Shown piece after piece: positions 16,046 through 20,001 of a stretch of 20,001 nucleotides of DNA. The stretch is from NCBI GenBank assembly GCA_044356455.1, contig JBIKWF010000081.1:1-20001 (forward strand). Reading direction: 5' to 3'. The notes beneath the pieces were generated by a model. The model searched no databases and was not told the DNA's origin. It saw nothing but the letters and a program-made list of their open reading frames with translations. A program made the translations under genes and the position numbers. Position 1 is the first letter of the stretch. The number at the start of each line of letters is the position of its first letter. This stretch comes from Bdellovibrionota bacterium (GTDB lineage: Bacteria > Bdellovibrionota_C > UBA2361 > JBGSMV01).

Positions 16046-18172
16046 CTAACCTTCCGCTCTTTCCGCCTGCTCGCCTTCATCACGAATCGTAAGATCAAAT
16101 GCCCGAAAATACGACGACCCAAACGCGGGTAATATCTCGCTCGGTTTGGTCCACGTGACCACTGCAAGATTCTCCTCGGCGCGCGTAATTGCGGTGTAGA
16201 GAAGGTTGCGGTGCATGTCGTCTTTGGGATAGCGCTCCTTGCTCGGATTCCAAAGAAGTACATTGGTAAATTCAAGTCCCTTCACCTGTTCGGCGCTGGC
16301 GACTACAATGCCCTCGTAAAAGGTAAAGGAGTGTTCATCTCCCAAGCGCAGAAGGGGCCCAAAAGTAGGCTGCAAGAGCCGGTAGGCGTATTTGGCCTCT
16401 GCCGAGTTGCGGCAAAGTACTGCGGCGAGCGAACCCGGATACTTTTGAGAAGCCCGGGTCAGCCAATCTATCGCAGAAAGCATGCCTTGGCCTTCGTCGA
16501 GACACTTGAACCAAATAGGAATCCTTCCAATGCGCCCCTCAACAACCTTGCTCTGCTGCTTCTTGCCGCGCTCTTGGATGTAGTCCGCAAGCTTTACAAT
16601 TTGTTGGGTAGAGCGCTGGCTCAAATTGAGACTCATGAAAGTCGACATCGACTCCTTAAACGCCCAATGGCGGCGGAGTTTGTCCCACCCGGGGAAGGCG
16701 CTTGAAGCATCAATTTTTTGGGCGGTGTCTCCGATAAGAGTAAGTCCCCTTGGATCGGCTACTGAGCCAATAATACAGGCAAGGTCAACGGGGCTAAAAT
16801 CCTGAACTTCATCAGCGACTAGGTGTTGGAAGGTGTTTCGGCTGCCGTCTTTGAGAAATACCGTGCGATCAAGCATTTCAATAATGCGCACAAGGAGTGC
16901 GTCGTCTGCATACTCGATCACCTGAGCGCTGCGATTTGATGCGGTGCGTTCTTTGGCTGCCTTTATTGTTGCCGCATCCAACAGCTTGGTGTCGTCTTCA
17001 GGGAGAATCCACTCAGGTCTACTTAGTGCGTCAATAAGGATCTGGTAGGGAGTGGTCGTCCCGCGCTCCTTTTCAGAGAGCAGCATGACACGCTTCTCTA
17101 CTGCCTTGAGCATGGCCAGGGAGCGTTTGAGTCTGTCTATAGATTGAGGGCAGCGATCGGAGGGCCGAGCAATTCGGTCGGCTAAGGGGGTGTTCTCCGC
17201 AAAACCCGCGGCAGGGCGCACAAAGGTGGGTAGCGCGCGACCTATTGTTTCTCCAAGCCATTCTCGCAGCGTAAGGGTCGCCACACCTTCGACACCCATT
17301 CCAGGGAGGGCCTTGGAGACATATTCCTTGAGGGCGAGGCTCAGCACTACTACGGCACATCGCGAGGCTACGACTGGCTCTCCAAGCACTTCTTTGTTGC
17401 TTCCAAGCAGCCAGGCCATGCGGTGCAGCGCGACGGTGGTTTTCCCAGAGCCGGCCACGCCTTGGATGAGAAGGGCTGAATCTCCACTTTCCCCTACGAG
17501 CTGAAATTGCTCAGGGGTTAGAAGTGAGGCGACTTGTGGAAGATGGTAAGAGGCGGGGCCTTCGGCGGAGGAGTCCTGTGCCGTGCGACTTCGAGCGGGC
17601 TCATTACTCTGAAACCAGTCGTTTCCGCGAAGCTCAAAGTTCCCTAGGCTGCAGGAGACGCGCTTAAGAACAGAATTCTCAATTTGAACTCTGTTGCGAG
17701 TTCTCACGGTGCCGACTCGCTCGCGGCCTAAGATTTCCTCGCCGTAAGTTTCGCCCTCTTTGTACTCGTAATAGATTTTAGAAACGGGGGCCTTTCGCCA
17801 GTCAATAATGCGGCAGTCCGAGTTCTCTGCGAACCCAATTCTATATTCAATCTTTTTTATGCCGCTTGGCGTCTCCTCATCGAGCACGAGTCTCGCGAAG
17901 TAAGGCTGCTTCACAAGTTTGTCGATAACAACAAGCTCGGCTTCTTTTTTATCCCTGAGCCCGTGAGAAACGGCTTCGTCAGAGGCAATCATTTGCTTGT
18001 CTTCGTCTCGCCTAAAAGCAACAAGGGTTGCGGTCAGCTCCTTGGCCCTCGCGCTTTCGATAGAAAGGCGTTCTAGTCCGCGCTTGCGCTGGGCATTGAG
18101 GGAGGTGAGAACAGTGGCAAGAGTTTCGCTCTCTTCCTTTATTGTCTTTTTGGCATCTTCCGAGATTGTCAT
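16046..18172 (-). CDS. HelD/HelR-like SF1 (UvrD-family) ATPase, putative RNA polymerase recycling factor
   Basis: N-terminal coiled coil, then PYFARL...YRIG...IIDWRKAPVSKIYY (HelD-type N-domain). Walker A IQGVAGSGKTTVALHRMAWLL, Walker B VADEVQD, and KGLEF...LLYTAITRA. Likely start ATG 18172. Confidence 0.8.
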   Translation of the reverse strand: MTISEDAKKTIKEESETLATVLTSLNAQRKRGLERLSIESARAKELTATLVAFRRDEDKQMIASDEAVSHGLRDKKEAELVVIDKLVKQPYFARLVLDEETPSGIKKIEYRIGFAENSDCRIIDWRKAPVSKIYYEYKEGETYGEEILGRERVGTVRTRNRVQIENSVLKRVSCSLGNFELRGNDWFQSNEPARSRTAQDSSAEGPASYHLPQVASLLTPEQFQLVGESGDSALLIQGVAGSGKTTVALHRMAWLLGSNKEVLGEPVVASRCAVVVLSLALKEYVSKALPGMGVEGVATLTLREWLGETIGRALPTFVRPAAGFAENTPLADRIARPSDRCPQSIDRLKRSLAMLKAVEKRVMLLSEKERGTTTPYQILIDALSRPEWILPEDDTKLLDAATIKAAKERTASNRSAQVIEYADDALLVRIIEMLDRTVFLKDGSRNTFQHLVADEVQDFSPVDLACIIGSVADPRGLTLIGDTAQKIDASSAFPGWDKLRRHWAFKESMSTFMSLNLSQRSTQQIVKLADYIQERGKKQQSKVVEGRIGRIPIWFKCLDEGQGMLSAIDWLTRASQKYPGSLAAVLCRNSAEAKYAYRLLQPTFGPLLRLGDEHSFTFYEGIVVASAEQVKGLEFTNVLLWNPSKERYPKDDMHRNLLYTAITRAEENLAVVTWTKPSEILPAFGSSYFRAFDLTIRDEGEQAERAEG

Positions 18173-18193
18173 CGAGCTGCACTTCAATAAACG

Positions 18194-18218
18194 AAAAAGC
18201 CCTACTTCAAAGTAGGGC
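18194..18218 (-). terminator. Intrinsic terminator in the 5' leader of the helD-like gene
   Basis: Minus strand GCCCTACT-TTGA-AGTAGGGC-TTTTT, followed by CGTTTATT. The U5 run ends 21 nt before the ATG. Confidence 0.75.
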
Positions 18219-18223
18219 AGCAC

Positions 18224-18253
18224 TTAGAGTAACGAATCGAGCCATCTCTGCAT
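18224..18253 (-). CDS. Candidate leader peptide MQRWLDSLL
   Basis: GGAGG (18258-18262) lies 4 nt before the ATG, and the stop is 5 nt before the terminator stem. An in-frame upstream ATG at 18328 gives a 34-aa alternative. Confidence 0.35.
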   Translation of the reverse strand: MQRWLDSLL

Positions 18254-18610
18254 GCGCCCTCCGTGCGAGGTCGCGGCGAAAGGTACACAAAAGCAGCAGA
18301 CGCTCGCTACGCCTTTTGTGAGAGGCATGGCTCTCGGCTATGGCAAGTGTAGGTACACTTTTAAGGGCGCGGAAGCACCCCCTTAAAGTAACTAAACTAT
18401 ATATGAGTATCTGATTCAACTACAATTGATTTTCTTAAGTCTTGCCTTTGGAAGTGCTTGGGGAGCTCAAGTTAATTCAAATTTGTTAAAGTAAGGGAGG
18501 CGCTCCCTAAATCCCCGAAGTTTTGCATTGATTCCCTAAGTCCGCGCATTGCCGCGGAGCCTTTTTTTGTCTACATACCTTGGGGAACCAAGTATTTAGG
18601 AAATACCACT

Positions 18611-19222
18611 GTGACTTCATCTTCGGAATCTTCTGCTTCATTCGCTCTTGGGGCGCCCGCTGGTGCTGGTAAGGGAAGCGTGCTGCTGGAGCGTATAAAG
18701 GCTAAACTGGGAAGTGCCCTCTTGGATGCCACTCTTAGCTTAGATGACGCGGTGATTACGGTCGATCGTAAGCACCTGCTTGATGTAGTGAAAATTCTCA
18801 AGCTTGATTCAGAGCTCCATTTTAATTTGCTCTCAAGTGTTACCGCGGTGGATTGGATGGACCAGCGCGCCACGCGCTATGAGGTGGTGTATCATTTCGT
18901 GAGCCTCGCGCATGGATTTATCCTTCGCATGAAAGTTCCCGTTTCCGAAGAGGACCCCTCGGTCGATAGCCTCACTGGTATATACGGCGGCGCAAATTTT
19001 ATGGAGCGCGAGTGCTGGGATATGGTTGGGATTACCTTTAAGGGACATCCCGATTTGCGTCGTATCCTCATGTACGATGAGTTTAAGGGGCATCCTCTGC
19101 GGAAGGATTATCCGGTCCAAGGGAAACAACCGCGTGTGCGTTTGATATCTCCTGAAGTTACCAACACGGCGCGCGATATGAATCGGCCTGCGCTCTATTC
19201 AATTAACAAACGGGTCAATTGA
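18611..19222 (+). CDS. nuoC: NADH-quinone oxidoreductase subunit C
   Basis: VTAVDW...RYEVVYH, ANFMERECWDMVGITFKGHPDLRRILM, GHPLRKDYP. GTG start with AGGA upstream. Confidence 0.95.
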   Translation: MTSSSESSASFALGAPAGAGKGSVLLERIKAKLGSALLDATLSLDDAVITVDRKHLLDVVKILKLDSELHFNLLSSVTAVDWMDQRATRYEVVYHFVSLAHGFILRMKVPVSEEDPSVDSLTGIYGGANFMERECWDMVGITFKGHPDLRRILMYDEFKGHPLRKDYPVQGKQPRVRLISPEVTNTARDMNRPALYSINKRVN

Positions 19223-19321
19223 AAGGCGGGCGGTCTAGCAGGAAACGATTGGTTTCTGGAAGTGGGGCAAAGTGCGAGGCTGGTTTTCTAACTATGCGAA
19301 CGACAAGAGCCCCAATGAGTT

Positions 19322-20001
19322 GTGGGCGCAATAACGAGTAATCTTGTGGCGAGTAAGCTTGTGGCAAATGATCTTTTAAATGTGGACTACGGAGTTGGTG
19401 GGATTACGACTCACCTGCGTTCTCGTAAGCTAGGCGATGATTTGCATGCAGAGACGATGGTGCTCAATCTAGGGCCCGCGCATCCTGCAACTCACGGCAC
19501 CTCTCGTATCGTAGTTGAGCTTGATGGAGAGCGCATCATCGATGCAGACGTAGAAGTTGGCTACTTGCACCGAGGCTTTGAGAAGATGTGCGAGACGGTC
19601 GACTACAATCAAGTCATGCCGTACACGGATCGTCTCAACTATGTTTCGCCCATCATTAATAACGTGGGCTGGTGCCTGACGGTTGAAAAGCTGCTGGGCA
19701 TCGAGGTGCCCAAGCGCTGCCAGTACATTCGCGTATTGCTCTCCGAAATGTCGCGCATCAGTGATCACCTGACATGCTGCGGGGCCTCCGCTATGGAGCT
19801 TGGTGCTTTCACCGTAATGCTCTATTTCATGCAAGCGAGAGAATACCTCTGGGAGCTCATTGAGGAGGTGACGGGCGCGCGTCTTACTATCTCCTATGCT
19901 CGTGTGGGTGGCCTTCGAGCCGATTTGCCGCGGGGCTTTGGGGAAAAGCTTACCAAGGCGCTTGTCGGTGTTCGCAAGCATGTGGCGAACGGAGATAGGC
20001 T
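19322..20001 (+). CDS. nuoD: NADH-quinone oxidoreductase subunit D (3'-truncated by the window; start uncertain, GTG 19322/19346/19361)
   Basis: The frame is open after TGA 19316. ETMVLNLGPAHPATHGTSRIVVELDGERI, GYLHRGFEK, YTDRLNYVS and GARLTISYARVGG. Confidence 0.95.
   Translation, partial: MGAITSNLVASKLVANDLLNVDYGVGGITTHLRSRKLGDDLHAETMVLNLGPAHPATHGTSRIVVELDGERIIDADVEVGYLHRGFEKMCETVDYNQVMPYTDRLNYVSPIINNVGWCLTVEKLLGIEVPKRCQYIRVLLSEMSRISDHLTCCGASAMELGAFTVMLYFMQAREYLWELIEEVTGARLTISYARVGGLRADLPRGFGEKLTKALVGVRKHVANGDR

Noticed and set aside
16046..18172. Anti-phage defence helicase (e.g. Gabija GajB)
   Set aside because: The HelD-type N-terminal PYFAR/DWR-AP motifs are present and there is no partner nuclease gene next to it.
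18220..18390. Known RNA families (TPP, c-di-GMP, fluoride riboswitches, SRP, 6S) in the helD leader
   Set aside because: Diagnostic motifs were not found by eye (e.g. GGGGTGC is not followed by CTGAGA). Kept only as an unclassified candidate leader.

Overview
A 20 kb bacterial chromosomal window with no rRNA, tRNA, CRISPR array or transposase. Gene content is compatible with a deltaproteobacteria/Bdellovibrionota-like organism (inference only). Left part: two membrane proteins (one GT-C/ArnT-like), a DUF6502 + DUF5666-lipoprotein + Ser-rich secreted protein cluster, an ExoD-family protein, an AEC transporter, an orphan hybrid histidine kinase and a long TPR-like orphan. Right part: ettA, a secreted hypothetical, a HelD-like SF1 ATPase and the start of a nuoC-nuoD block lacking nuoAB. 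The non-coding DNA carries the most interesting signals. (1) A MITE-like family (3 copies plus a solo end) has IS5-like GGA(G/A)CCTCTGAAAA ends and an internal palindrome with compensatory changes, and each of the 3 copies abuts a gene's stop codon. (2) The helD-like gene has an attenuator-like leader: uORF, antiterminator and intrinsic terminator. (3) A tight three-DnaA-box cluster nested in inverted repeats lies upstream of ettA with no dnaA in the window. (4) A ~200-nt run of back-to-back hairpins sits at the left edge. Family names come from motif recognition by eye, not from database searches.
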